Shown: one piece after another, positions 11,675 through 24,342 of the stretch
How the letters are laid out: each line of letters begins with the position of its first letter
Numbering within the stretch: position 1 is the stretch's first letter
Notes under the pieces: generated by a model
Told to the model about the DNA's origin: nothing
Databases searched by the model: none
Seen by the model: the letters and a program-made list of their open reading frames with translations, nothing else
Translations under genes and position numbers: made by a program
NCBI GenBank assembly: GCA_002633005.1
Contig: NMRA01000209.1
Location: 607,722 to 671,721, forward strand
Direction of reading: 5' to 3'
DNA: 64,000 bases
Origin: Phoronis australis
Taxonomy: Eukaryota > Animalia > Phoronida

Positions 11675-11747
11675 CGGATATAACGTGCTCGCATTTTGAG
11701 AACCAGGGCATTGACCTGGTTCTCAAAATATGGGCCCGTTATATTCG
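11675..11747. repeat. Imperfect palindrome (MITE-like hairpin)
   Basis: ATATAACG...ATTTTGAGAACCAGG-loop-CCTGGTTCTCAAAAT...CGTTATAT. Confidence 0.7.
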
Positions 11748-12289
11748 ACTATTGCCACCAAGGCGACTAAAAATTGTCTTGTCAAGCCCGGCTGCATCTG
11801 GTATTTTTTAAAGAAAGCATGGAACTGATGTCGTGATTCGTGATCTATCTCCATTGGTAACATTTCACCAGTTCAACAAAATGGTTTGCTACTCTTCGTA
11901 CGTGTTATGGTGCAGAAATAAGGTTCTTCAACGAATATGAACATTTGGAAACAGATTACTGGACAGATCAAGTTTGGTGTTGGTGAACATGTTTTAGCAA
12001 TAAAAAGTTCATGTTCTAACTCACTGGTTAAGGGGGGGGGGGCTGATGTGAAAGACACCTCTTGCACACGAAGTGTTTATATCCTGTGTTAAAATGCTGG
12101 TTCAAAACACTTGGGATGCCCAGTAACGTGTGGTGAAGGCAACATACGACATGCTTTATAAACCAGATTTCCTTTGGCAGATTTTCTTGTAATTGGACAA
12201 GCTTTTGAAATAAACTGTTGTCAGTGTTTGACATATTTCGATGATTGCATTTGTCAGGGTGTGACAAACAAAGCGTATTTCCTAACAAT

Positions 12290-12505
12290 ATTCTCTCAGC
12301 GTGTAAACAAGGCTGTCAATCAGATATCAAATGCAAGTCCAAACCGTCTTAATATACGTTATACCACAATATTGGCGTCAAATGGCAGATACAACCGTGT
12401 AATAAACCAGTGAGATAACGATTTGGCGGGTAACCGAGGACGGAGTCGAACCCGGGACCTTGAATTTGCTGGTCACCGACCTTAACCACTACACCACGCA
12501 GCGGC
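12290..12505 (-). mobile_element. tRNA-derived SINE-like repeat
   Basis: Minus strand 12505-12424 has A-box TGGTGTAGTGG and B-box GGTTCGACTCC at tRNA-like spacing, but stems are poorly paired. The lower boundary is approximate. Confidence 0.65.
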
Positions 12506-13056
12506 TGACGTCATCAAGAGCGAAAATAAAATACTTAAATGAGCACGCGCAATAATCGCACGTTCAACAAACCGCATTGTACTGTACTTATACGCAACGA
12601 AAAATAAGACACATAATTTCCATAAAAATGATATCCTAATTCAGTGAAAATTTTCTCTCATGTCCTCTTACTTGTAAATTACCGATCTCCAGTTTGAATG
12701 CGGGTATCGTGTCGTCAGGATCTTTGACTTGAGAATTATATTCAGTTACCATTGGTAACCTACTTTAGCAGACGATAATTTCCCGGTCGAAGCTTAGCGT
12801 GAAAAAAACGTGTTTTAAGCTATAATAGTTGGTAAACCTTAATTTATAAATTTAGTTTATTTCTACTGGTTTTGAGTAAAACCATTATTTGACAAAAATA
12901 GCCCGGCTTTTCTTAAAAGGTCACGACCTCCGACCCCGGGCCTCTGACATAGAAAGTAGTTACAAAGCCGTGGAGAGTCAGAAAAGGTAAATCGATTCAT
13001 TGCAATGTTTCTCGTTTAGTATGTAATATAAAAATAGATTACTACATGTTCTCAGC

Positions 13057-13139
13057 CGTTATCCTCCTTATCTAGAGCCCTCGTGGATTTTGGATAATTC
13101 TCCAAAATCCACTCGGGCTCTAGATAACGGGGGATAACG
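13057..13139. repeat. Near-perfect ~80-bp palindrome (mini foldback/MITE)
   Basis: TTATCTAGAGCCC.CGTGGATTTTGGA-loop-TCCAAAATCCAC.CGGGCTCTAGATAA, plus outer CGTTATCC/GGATAACG. Confidence 0.85.
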
Positions 13140-13893
13140 ACTTCGCCATGTAATAATTGTAATAATCTATATATATATTCAATTCAATGTATTTCCTAGA
13201 GAATTGTTTGGGAATTATTAATATCCCACGAGTGTTTACGCAATCGCTGACTCCACTGCAGTGCCTAAACAAGCCATTGTCTGTGGAAAGAGGTCGCCAC
13301 ACAAAATTCATGAAAAATGGGTTAAGTTATGTTATGGGGGTTGCGTGGAAGATGGATGCCACAAATTCGTTCTTGAAAACAATACAGGTTAAGACAATAC
13401 TTGCTCTTTTTACAGAGTCAGAAGTCTTCAGAATGCGATAAGGTTAAGGTGTGGATTGATGTTGATCGACAATCACTTCTACAAAATTTAAATAGAATAT
13501 GCGTTACTGCTAGAACAATGTATTTGTAAAAGTAAATGTACCGCAAAGAAACTGTGTCGTTGTCCTTATGTATTAGCTGCGAATTTCAAATAATTTGAAC
13601 TTTTAAGGGAATGGTACCGTTTCAAAATTTATTGATGAACTGACTGGTGAGGTGTGATTGTGTACTTGAGTAAACGTGTAAGTGATATCCCGTTTCTGTC
13701 TCATGTTTCCCATAATTGCAGTTTCAAGTGTTCTATTCTTGATTAAAAAAACACAGCTTAAGTTTTGTAAGACCAAGTACTTCATCCTGGCATATATTAA
13801 GCATACCGGTACACTGAGTACAAAAATATCAATATAGTGTTCTGGCTTAAAATTAAGCACATTTGTACCAATTCAATAAACATCAAGTCTCTT

Positions 13894-15135
13894 GGGAGAG
13901 GTTTCATGAATTTTTTATCATAACTTAGACCGAAATTGGACTAACTTAAGACAAGGATGTCTTAGACCCGTTTCATGACATTTCGTAAGACTAAAATTAA
14001 AAAAGAAATCGGTCCACGCAGTGAAGGTTAGACGTATGGTCTAAATGACCGAAATTTATGACTGGTATCACTGAAACTTTTGCCGAACAAATTTTGATGA
14101 TATTTTCACAATCTCATGTTCCTATACAACGTCATATTGAAGATTGTCAACTTTACCCAACGTGTCCACTAAAATGAAGGAGGCACTCAGGTATCATTCA
14201 GCAGCACGTGTTGTACCAAGCTAACCCCGGCAGTCATTGGTTAGGTTTAGAACAAAGAAAGAAAATGGCGGTTTGTGAACAATTTTTAGCCTTGTCAACA
14301 ACTTTTTCCACCACCTTTTCTCTCTACAGACACGATAATGTCAAAAAGACCTAGTACTGAGATAACATGTTTGCGACCTGGGCAGGTCAATCTGTGTGAA
14401 TACAGGACAGCAACGTAAACAAAAGCCAACGGCAGTAAAAAATGCACACCGAAAAGGCACAACCACAACTTTCCGATTCACATTTCTCGAACACATCCCG
14501 ATTAAGCACAGTCTTGTCTGTACAACAGACCACTAACTACGTCCACATTTACACATCCTGTATCTGTCACGCCGGTTTGTTTAGGTATTATGCGTTACGG
14601 GTTTCACAATTCCACCACCCAATCAGAAACGCCGGTGTAAAGAATTTTTCCCGATGTAAATTCAGTGATACCTGCGTGTCCCCTTCCCCAAAGTGGACCC
14701 GCATGGAACAAGCGAGAGGTCGTAGAGACAATGCAAAGCGATTTGCCGGCATAAATGTACGTGCATGATATTATCCATCTACATGTACCTGTATAACAGA
14801 GTCTTCTCCAGCAAACGAGATCTCAATTCTATCCAAAATGTGAACAGATCTCCTTTAAGAGTTTCAACACCATGAGTATTTTAGAAACCGTAATTCACAC
14901 ACCGCCTCCCTTAGTTTTAGGAATTCGCAACAGGTGGATAATGTGTAGTTTGTGTGCTCACCTGTACATGTATGTCAAAAACTAACCTAAACATTTCTAA
15001 CTGAGTTGTAAACGAAGCACAAAATCCGACTAAGTTTTCATGAAACGGTCTTTTCTGAATTTTACTCTTCAAATTTTCGTCTTAACCTAGACGCTTTTTT
15101 GCCTAAGTCAAAGTCCATTTTCATGAAACAGGCCC
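13894..15135. mobile_element. Old non-autonomous DNA transposon (PIF/Harbinger-like GGG...CCC ends)
   Basis: Left GGG..GTTTCATGAA and a second CCGTTTCATGA (~13968) mirror right TTCATGAAACGG (~15038) and TTCATGAAACAGGCCC. Superfamily is inferred. Confidence 0.5.
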
Positions 15136-16548
15136 TTGACCTAGTGTCCTAGTGGTCCACCTGCTCACGTTTCTAATTTGTTCTGGTGTCTAATCTACTT
15201 TGCTTGCTGCCTTGGAAACGCCTCTGAGAAATGTGTGAGACATGCAGTTGCTTTGTTCAATTGACAACGGGTGAGAGATTTTCGACCGAAATGGAAAAGG
15301 AACTGCTGGGCTGAGGAGTGCCTGTTCTGCCTATATTCGTCTATGTTAGAGGATTGTGGATGAAGCAAAGTATGACTAGAGTTGGTGCTTGTAAGATTCG
15401 AATTTGACCAATACCATATTGTTAACAATGCTAGCGTCCTCCACTTGAAGAACTCTTTTTGCCCCCACTAGTTCTGGTAGTCTAACTCAAAATATGCTGA
15501 GATGTTTGTTGTCGCCGAAGAGTTGACTAAATGTATATGACAGTTAGTTACTAAAGGGATGGCCAGTAAACCCGTGTCGGAATCTTTAGCACTGCGCCTC
15601 AGACTTTCCAGTATCTCGTTGTCTATGAATTTACACATACGGTCTGAGTGTCCATCTAATATGCGTTTAAATTATACACCCGCCAGGGATTACTCGACTC
15701 TCCTTGACGCATTAGCACTGAGGGACATACATGTATGCGGCATATGCAAGACCAGATAGTCGTCCGGAGGAGGCTGGCATGAGACCAGTTTATGCATCGT
15801 TCGAAACAAGTTGAATGATCACAAGCCCTCAGTACGTTTGAGTGACGAAAACGTCGAGACCAATTTCATTTCGGTACATGGTCTATATGTGAATGAAAGT
15901 TATATTTGCGACTGATAAATATTGTGGGAAATAACAAGAATGCAAATTTGATTGATCTAATAAACGAATCCTGGTGTGGACGAGGGGTGGAGCTGCTTGA
16001 CGAAGACGAGAGGCAAGTACTTTCTTTTGTAGGAATTTGGGGATGTTACACATTTTACTTGATTCATTTGAGTGCCTCATCGCACAGCAGTGATAATCTT
16101 GCAGTCATAGAATGGCTGGGATGGTCCATTGCTTTGAATCACCAAACAAGACGACACTGTCCACCCAATAAACTATCAACGTATAGCGACCGGCATATTT
16201 CACGTTCCCATTATGTCGGAAAATGGCAATTGTCAGTTGTCCCGATCGAAAGCACTCCTTTTAAAGTAATACTTAGCGAGTGCTTTTTACATTGAGCATA
16301 GCCAACGTCGGGTGAACTGAGGGAATAAATCCATGTGATATGTACTCGACATGCTATCTGTCCATACGATGTTTTCAATTAGCATTGATCCATTCGACAG
16401 CAAAAGTACTACCACTATCCCAGTTTCAGTGATGCGTGTACGTTTATGTACGTTTTCATCCAAAGCAACGGAGAGGCACCGCCATGTAGAGAATTCATCA
16501 ACATTACGTCTGTTACACAAATGAAATTTCGAGAGTTCTTGCCCCACA

Positions 16549-16713
16549 CAGTGGCGGATTTAAGGGGCGGGGACAAGGGGGCCATGGGTCCCTAAAATTC
16601 CCTCAGAATCAATTTGGCAGTTCGGGGGTGCGAATGTCTGACGGTCAAAATCCTGGCACATACTCTTCTCTGCCCCCCCTCCCTTAAATCAAAATCCTGC
16701 ATCTGCCGCCCCT
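16549..16713. mobile_element. GC-rich MITE, copy 2 (inverted relative to 7502-7658)
   Basis: CAGTGGCGGATTTAAGGGG...GGGGCCATGG..CCTAAAATTC...AAAATCCTG is a diverged reverse complement of 7502-7658. Confidence 0.75.
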
Positions 16714-17319
16714 ACTACAGTTTCAGAAACAACCAATAGGTTCGAGTTTTGGACACACCAACAAGTGTACCGTAAGTACCTGCTGCTAATTTCAATGGAT
16801 TTGAGAACCTGGACAATATTCACGCATGTACATGTACTCATTAAGAAGTTCCTGGAAATTTGAAATATATCTTCGTAATGTTTATCTTACGACGAGAGAA
16901 CACAGTTTAATGAAAATGCGCTGGTTAGAAAAGTGGAGTTACAAATCACTGATTGAAGCAGCGCTGGTTCCTGGTTTTCGACAGAAACGTGGCTTGAGAG
17001 GACTGCTAGCGTGCCCTTTTAGTGGATCACATTGCTGCAAATAATAGTTGAGCACGAGTCTGAAATGCTTAGGAAAATACCGAAGCTGTGTATAATCCAC
17101 TGAAAGTGGTCTTAGAGATGTATTTGCATGCTCCTAACTATGCTACTAAAGGACAATGCTAATTAAACATCATCTACGCTAAGTAAAGTGCAATTATATC
17201 CATCCACAGCTTGTACAAAAAATCTGCACGCTTTGTCATTGAGTCAATCCACGTGTTCAACATCAGAGTACGTTTGTTAAGAGTTTTTGAATAATAATGA
17301 AGTCGGTCTTCGTTTCAGG

Positions 17320-18445
17320 CACAAGCGCTTGGGTTTATCTGTTCCTCGATCGCAAATGACGTCACTCAATAATATATATAAGAAAACATAAAGGTTGGAC
17401 ACTTAAAATCTGTCTGGAGCGGCTCAGAATTTTCTACTCAATTGTGCATGGAACTCCACGAAACTAGCATCTGACAACTCTTAGAATACTTTCTTTCATT
17501 CGATCTCTTCAAATTGCCTTCGAGTGGTGATTTGGCGACAAAAATGCCAAAAGAATGCCAAAATCACAAATTCAAGGAAGTGATTCCGTGATGTCATGGC
17601 AGACGGTCTTCGCACATCCGGGTTTTTGACGGACGCTCCCGAGCTAAATCCGAAAGTCTAATTTCGCGCGGCTTTCATCGTCAATCCCTCGACTACTTGA
17701 TCATGAGAAGCAGAGAGCACTTTATTGCCATATAAATGTAATTACTCACATATTTGCGTCAAATGTAAATTATCCTGATACTGAATTGATATGTGTACTG
17801 TGATTTCTTTTGAAGGTTACTTTTGGCCAAAACCATTGAGTTAACTCGTCGGCCACGCGCACGGACTGCGTTTCCTGGCCGAGTGTGTGTTGTGCTTCAA
17901 TCAAAACAGTGCGTGATGTCAAGATGAGAAACAAGATACGCCAGTTTATGTAATAAAATTCTAAGTTAAGGGCTAAAATGAGCCGTCAGTGGAATAAAGT
18001 TACAAATAAACATTAAAATACTAACTTTAACATTCTCAATTAGTTGAGTTTTGGATTAGAATTATTGAATTTGAAATATAGGTTGCTTGCTCAAACTCAA
18101 AGTTTCACCTGCGACAGGCGTACAAGTTGAAGCACAACTGAAATCCGCCATGTTTACTATTTCAGGTCCTTGAATTCAGAGTTTTGAGATTGTTTTGGAA
18201 ATTCCATTGCCAATTCACCAATCACGGAGACAGTTAATGGGATCTAGGAAAGATAAGGCTTCGAAGATTTATGCAACACCAGACTGAGGGAGGTGCACGC
18301 AGATTTTATTTGGATTTTGGACGGTTGAAGTTGGGAGCCTCGGCTTCGCAAAGTTTAAGTGTCCAACCTTTATGTTTTCTTATAATAATATATTATTGAG
18401 TAACGTATTTAACGATCGAGGAACAGATAAACTCAAGTGCCTGTG
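17320..18445. mobile_element. Non-autonomous DNA transposon, ~90-bp TIRs, 8-bp TSD (hAT- or P-type)
   Basis: TIRs at ~17320-17407 and ~18354-18445 (CACA.GC.CTTG.GTTTATCTGTTCCTCGATCG...AAGGTTGGACACTTAAA). Perfect TSD GTTTCAGG at 17312-17319 and 18446-18453. No ORF. Confidence 0.9.
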
Positions 18446-18720
18446 GTTTCAGGGTAAGGCTGGCAGCAAATGGCGGGAATTGTCAATTTGTAAAAAAATC
18501 ACAAAAATACAACGGATATTGTTGTGTTTTAGTTGTGGTCATCTCTCGTAACTTCAAGAGATCTATCCCATCCAACAATAATCATAAAAATATGAATTTT
18601 GGCCGTAAAATCGATAAAGTTTAGTTAACACCTATATATACTGAAGCACATTACTCAGGACACGATGTACATGTAGGCGTCTCAAACCTATCCACGCCAC
18701 GATGAAATGATGTCCATGTC

Positions 18721-19497
18721 TTAAAGAGGACCAGAACGCGAAAAACAGACTAATTTGCATTACTCAAACTGGTTCACAGCCACTGAAACAAAATTCATCC
18801 TGCTCACCATGTATGTTACCGGTTTGTTTGTAAAGAGTTTGAATTTTTTTGTTGAAGTCAAAGCATTTTAATTTCTTTTAGTTCAAATTTCAAATAAACG
18901 TTCTGCCAACTGCTCGTCACGTCGTCGACTTTTCTCCCTCAAGGCAAAACATGTCCTCTTATTTGGTATGGCAAGGCATAGGCGTAGCACATTTCCAATA
19001 TATGGGTACTGTGACCTTTAACCTTTAATGTAATCAAAACAATGGCAGCCATTCCGATTAGAAGGCAATTGATGTAAATCCTAACTGTTTAAAATTAGTT
19101 ATAAAAGTATCGTAGTATTCAAATGTATGTCAAAATTTGAATTATTTTTGGAAAATTGCTTGCTTCACTGTGCTATCGACCTCAGATTCAGAATGCGACC
19201 ACAAATGATAATCTGCCGTTAATGTCCATGTTGTCAGTCAGCTGTTTGTCGAATGACTGTGAGCGCATGCGCATATTTTTCATAAATGGTTTTTAGATTC
19301 GAACCTATGTGGTGACTACAATTTTCCCTTAGCGCGTATTTCAAAAATTGCGAATTTCTTGGTTGTTTCTGGAAATTCTCACGCAGGGGAACGTGTATAT
19401 ACATGTAACTCTGTAGTACACTTTGCGAGGTGGTACTTTCGTCAGGAATTGTTTAAAATGCATTTTTGACGAATTTTTGCGTTCCATGCTTCTTTAA
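18721..19497. mobile_element. TTAA-flanked non-autonomous element (Kolobok-like)
   Basis: Left TTAAAGAGGACCAGAACGCGAAAAA versus right end reverse-complemented TTAAAGAAGCATGGAACGCAAAAAT. Confidence 0.5.
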
Positions 19498-21795
19498 TAC
19501 ATTTCATTTAAATCAGAAAGTTCAGTGAGTTTCAAAAAGTCATCAGTTTGAAGTCTGTCGATTGTGCATCCCGTCAAAGATTGGCGGTTGCAAGGCAGTG
19601 TCCGTGGCGTGACTCTTAACATTCAAATTCTTTCGATGCAAGACATTTTCTTTCGTGACAAGGGGAAGTTGGAGGCAATTTTGTAAGAGTTTATTTCGTG
19701 ATTTCCATTTTATGTCACAATTTCGATTGAAATGGAACTTTAACCTTTAAAACTCGAACAATGAACCAATTCTTAAACCATCCATTTTGTGACTTTTATT
19801 TTCTGTCTGGTTTTCTTTTTTCAAGCACACAAAATTCTGTGCTGGACACAGTGGAATGTAGTATGTCGTCAAGTACATTAACGGCACATCAGAGGCGGCT
19901 ATTCACGATTTTGGCTGGACGTGTTCGATGAGATAGTTGTGGTCGTAAACCAACACACCTGTTTGAATGAGGAATTCTAAAATAATAAAACCGATTAGGA
20001 ATTTCAAAATAATACAAAACGATCAATAATTATTCAAACCACCAAAATGGCCGTCTTTAAATTTTTAAAATCGATGCATTTTAAGAGAAGCTAGCGAATA
20101 AGTTTTCTTCAGCATCGTGCCTAAGCCTCGAAAATTAATTTGTGAATCGATTAGAACGGGTTAGTCAGTCTGACGTACATGTAGGCTCGTTTAGGCGTTG
20201 GGTTAACAAAACCACAAAAACCAGATATGGAATGGGAAGAAACTTACGTAAAAAGTTATTTGTTACGTTGTAAATGTACGTAAATCAGCTCTCACGAGTC
20301 CGTTTCATGAAAATGACTCAAGACTTTATACAGAAAGTTGATCTTAAGTTCCCATTTCACAGTTGCTAAATAAAGGTTTATGCAAGTAATTATGAGAGCA
20401 ACACAGTTTAAAATAATTCATAGAAGCTATCTCAGTGACTATCAGTTATGTATATATTCTCCCATGCTTCACACCTTTGCTGAAGTGAGATTTACTATAT
20501 TCGAAAATAGTTGTTTAGAGCGTAGAACCAAGTTTCTGTCTTACTTCTTAAGCCACTTTTTACGAGACGAGCCCCAGAGCTTGTCTTAGCCACGTGACGG
20601 TGACGTCATAAATGATACGAGACACCAAAAGCGTATTTTGTTGGTATTTTCACGGCTCAGAACTTAAATAAAATTTCTCCAAATTCTGCCTGTAATAATG
20701 CTAAAATATACTTTCATCAATATTGCACTCTTCAGTATTTCCGCATGTTTTAATTGATTGATAATATCGGTAAAATGCATGCATTAATAATAGTGAAGAA
20801 AATACTACTTTTGTCGAGAAAACTGTTAATACGAGATATGACTTTTCCGCCACGCTGCATCGTAAGTTGAAGCTTACGAATCCTAGCAAACGAAAAGAAT
20901 TTGCAATCACTGGGACCATTATGGAGGTGAAGAAGGAGTCAATTGTCCACACTGTTTTCCCGAGTCCTCGAGAACGTCAACTAAATACTTTATCACTAAT
21001 TAGTTCAATTGACGCTGGTAAACTGCCCTTGCGATAAAAACATTTCTATGTCTATTGTTTGAGTACAAGATGAAAATGTGCGCACTTGAGTTTTTCATTC
21101 AGGCTGTCTTAGTAACGGAAAATTGATGCTTAGCACACTCGTCGATGACTAAGGACGGAGCGTCTCGGCAGTTGCGGGCTCATTGTTGTCTAATGTTCTC
21201 CAAGTGTGACTTGCTTTGAAATTTGTTCTTCGAGTTATTGCCCTACACTTGTTTTAATGAGTAATACATTTACATTGTACAATCCGCAAGAGAGAATGCA
21301 CTCCTAACACAGCCATTTATATCGTCCTCTTTTTATAACACTGCATTGTTCGAGTTCCGTGGCAATCAAGTTGCTTCTTTGTAATTTAGATATTTTACGA
21401 GGCAAAATAAACAGCGAGAGACGAATAGAATAGGTGCTCTGCAAAATGAGGTTAATAACTTTGAAACACACGGTTTCGTTACCATGGAAAGGATGGTGGG
21501 AGACCGTGAAATTCAAAAATCCAATTTCCTTTGTTCGCAAGCCAAGGTTTAGATGTACAGTTAACAATACCTAAACAGGAATTCCCAGATGATTACTGGT
21601 GACAAGTTTCAGCCTATCTAAGCGTTTCGTATTGTTGTCGTTGCCTCGAGACATAAGCTGCTGACAAGATGTTTTTCTGAGAATCCACCGGTAGCATCGT
21701 TATAAGTTGCGAGGGTGGATGCAATCTCTTGGGCTTCTGAACACCGTGTTGTTGTACAAGAACGTTCGTCATTGCCATCAAAACTCAAACAGCGA

Positions 21796-23412
21796 TATAT
21801 CAGGTGTCAAAAAACTGAGCCTTTTTGACAAGTAAATTGTCAGCAAATGACCCAATGTACCGAATTCCTTCAAACTTTCACAATGTGTCTCCAAATTGTT
21901 GTCTACAACTTAAAAAAGAATCGCAGAGAAATATAAAAAATAAGGAAGTATTGTGAAATTCAATGCAGCAGGGTGAAAAGTGCAATATCACTATGATTTT
22001 CTTAGTGTTCACGCTGTGCTGGCACCTTTCAGTCAAGAAAAATGACTGCCTGGGTCTCAGATCTATTGTTTTTATTGTCAGATCTGTATCCAGATCAGTT
22101 CTGTCCAATATTCCGATTTGTAAAGATGCCTTTCTGTGAAAGTGGTAAATTTACTTTTAAAACCTGTTTCAAGGAGAAAGAGTGAGTGGAAGAAAAATCG
22201 TAATTGAGTTCCCAGGAAAAGGGTGGAGTCGTGCCTCTGTAAATAGACTTATTGGTACAATACATGTACGTAACACGGGGTCTGTTGCGCGTTAAAGCGG
22301 AAGTGGGAGACCCAAGACCGCATGTTCGAAAGAAAACGAGGATCGTGTTCAGGAACTGATTAAATAGCAGGAGGACAACAGGGTGAATCACAAAACTCAG
22401 AGAGAAGTCGCAAGCAATTTACAAGTGAGCATGTCTTCTGTCCAAAGAATGGCGAAAAAATTGAAACTGAAAGCCTTCAAAAGAATATGGGTATCACGTA
22501 GAGATCAAAATGTTTAAAAGGAAAAGAAAAACTCGATGCCTACATGTATACTTGCACGAGCGCTATTCAGCTTCTGATGTGAAAAGAATCACTTAAGAAA
22601 AAACTGTAAAGCTAAGAAATCGCTAAACATTGCAAAACGATCGTGTTTTTCGGAAAAAAAAAACGAGAAATACAGCCTTCTCGACTCTATCATGAGACTC
22701 CAGATTTAAAAAAGTAATGGTTTCCGCTGGAGTATCCTGGGAAGGAAAAACAAATATTCATTTTATTGACACTGATAGAGCCAGAGTTAACAGTCAAACG
22801 CTACACGCAATCATTCAATGAAAAAATCCTCCGGTATTGCAGGCGATTTTATCCTGGAAACGATTACGTGTTTCATCAATATGGTACCCCTTCACATGCT
22901 AGCAAGATAATCCAGGCTCATCCGGAGGAGGCCATCCCAAAATTCACCCAAAAGATAAGTGGCCACCGCTCAGTCCTGACTGCAATCCAGTGGACTATGC
23001 CATATGGGACTCTCTGAAGGAGAAAGTTTACCGGGGAATGAGAGACAAATTGGCTGGGCAGGAGTTAGAAGAGAGCACAATTATGTCATGGGAGGAAATC
23101 CCGATGGAAGAAATACGGAAAAGCATTTGTGATTGGAAGAAACGGCTCCGTTCACTGGTGGAGGAAGATGGAGGCCACATTGAGCATACACTGAAATAAG
23201 CAAGCTTCACTTTCGTATTTTATGTTTTGACCTGATGTTTTTAGATTGACAGTGCTCGCACAATTGGACCCATATCGCTTTGATATTTTGTTTATAAATT
23301 TGTTTATAATATCCTAAGATTTTTCTGTACGAAATTTTAAAAAGTCAGTGCATCCGTTGCTGAGAAATTACTTGTCAAAATGTGCCTCATTGTTTTGGGG
23401 ACACCTCATATA
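21796..23412 (+). mobile_element. Full-length decayed Tc1/mariner-superfamily transposon (DD37D/maT type)
   Basis: TIRs TATAT(C/G)AGGTGTC..AAAA..TGAG...TTTTGACAAGTAA...TCAGCAA at ~21796-21847 and ~23356-23412, flanking a transposase pseudogene. Confidence 0.9.
22126..23199 (+). pseudogene. DD37D transposase pseudogene
   Basis: Reconstructed motifs: GSGRPKTA, REVASNLQVSMSSVQR (HTH), VMVSAGVSWEGK, FHQ(Y)GTPSH, WPP.SPDCNPVDYAIW, RLRSLVEEDGGHIEH. There are 37 residues between the (mutated) second catalytic position and the third Asp. Stops and frameshifts present. Confidence 0.9.
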
Positions 23413-23439
23413 TTTTCAGTGTCGTTGTCGAAATTCTGT

Positions 23440-23845
23440 TATTTAGTTTTATCGTCGTTATCGTTATCAACGCGGTCGTCGCCGTCATCTCTTATTATCA
23501 TTTTATCGCCCGACAAGATTACGTCTGTCATACTCGTTGTGTCTTCTTCACCATTACCACAACCACTGTCATCACCCTAATCTTCTCCAGTATCACCACC
23601 ACCATCATCATCATCACCATCATCGTCACGACCACCATAACAATCATTATCACTATCTTCATCATCATATACATCATCATTGACATCATTATCATCATCC
23701 ACGAGAGCATCACCATGGCATCAACGTCATCATTATCGTCACCATCTTTTTCATCACGCGACATCTGCCGTAGATCTCTTCATCGTCATTGTCGCAACAA
23801 CCACCATCACCATCACCAACACCGTCAGCACCACCATCATCATAT
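23440..23845. repeat. Degenerate (CAT/CAC/CGT)n trinucleotide tract
   Basis: Runs of CATCATCAT/CACCACCAT; explains the spurious His/Ile/Ser/Met-rich ORFs. Confidence 0.9.
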
Positions 23846-23879
23846 TCAGTTTCTTTAAGGATCATACAACATTCAACAG

Positions 23880-24342
23880 TTCAACCCAGTCGCATCTATC
23901 TTCTTGCTAAGGTCCTCAAAGAAGGTAATCCTGGACGCCCGATTATATTTATAGTCAGCAACAACTGCCACACTGAAAAAAACTCTCAGTTTGCCGAATA
24001 CCATCTTTAGCAATTTGTACCCCCCCCCCCTTCCTTTATATGTTAAAGATACTAATCATTTTCTTAACATAATTAAAAACATCAGTGATTTGCCTAAAAT
24101 TGTCCTCCTAGATACTCTTCATATTAAAAGCTTATACACTAATATTGCTCAACTTGAAGGCATAGAAGCCTGCAACAAATTTCTTAGTCAAAGTAACAAT
24201 CCTGATGTACATACATATTTTATTCGCTCTCTTCTTGAACATGTACATGTACTTACCATGAACCACTTCAACTTCAATAATAAACATTATCTCCAAATAT
24301 AAGGCATAGCTATGCGCACTACAGTTGTCCCTACTTTTGCCA
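23880..24342 (+). pseudogene. Penelope-like element reverse transcriptase fragment
   Basis: RIYLLAKVLKEGNPGRPII, TEKNSQFAEYHL, YVKDTNHFL, IKSLYTNI, VLTMNHFNFNNKHYLQI*GIAM match the PLE RT pattern (YxLPKIHK..PGRPI; SLYTNI; NxFxF...YxQxxGxAMG). Confidence 0.88.

Noticed and set aside
12424-12505. Functional tRNA gene (ends in CCA)
   Set aside because: T-stem, anticodon stem and acceptor stem pair poorly; better explained as a SINE head.
23380-23910. His/Ile/Met-rich ORFs (also 30407-30772)
   Set aside because: Translation artefacts of CAT microsatellites, open in several frames on both strands.
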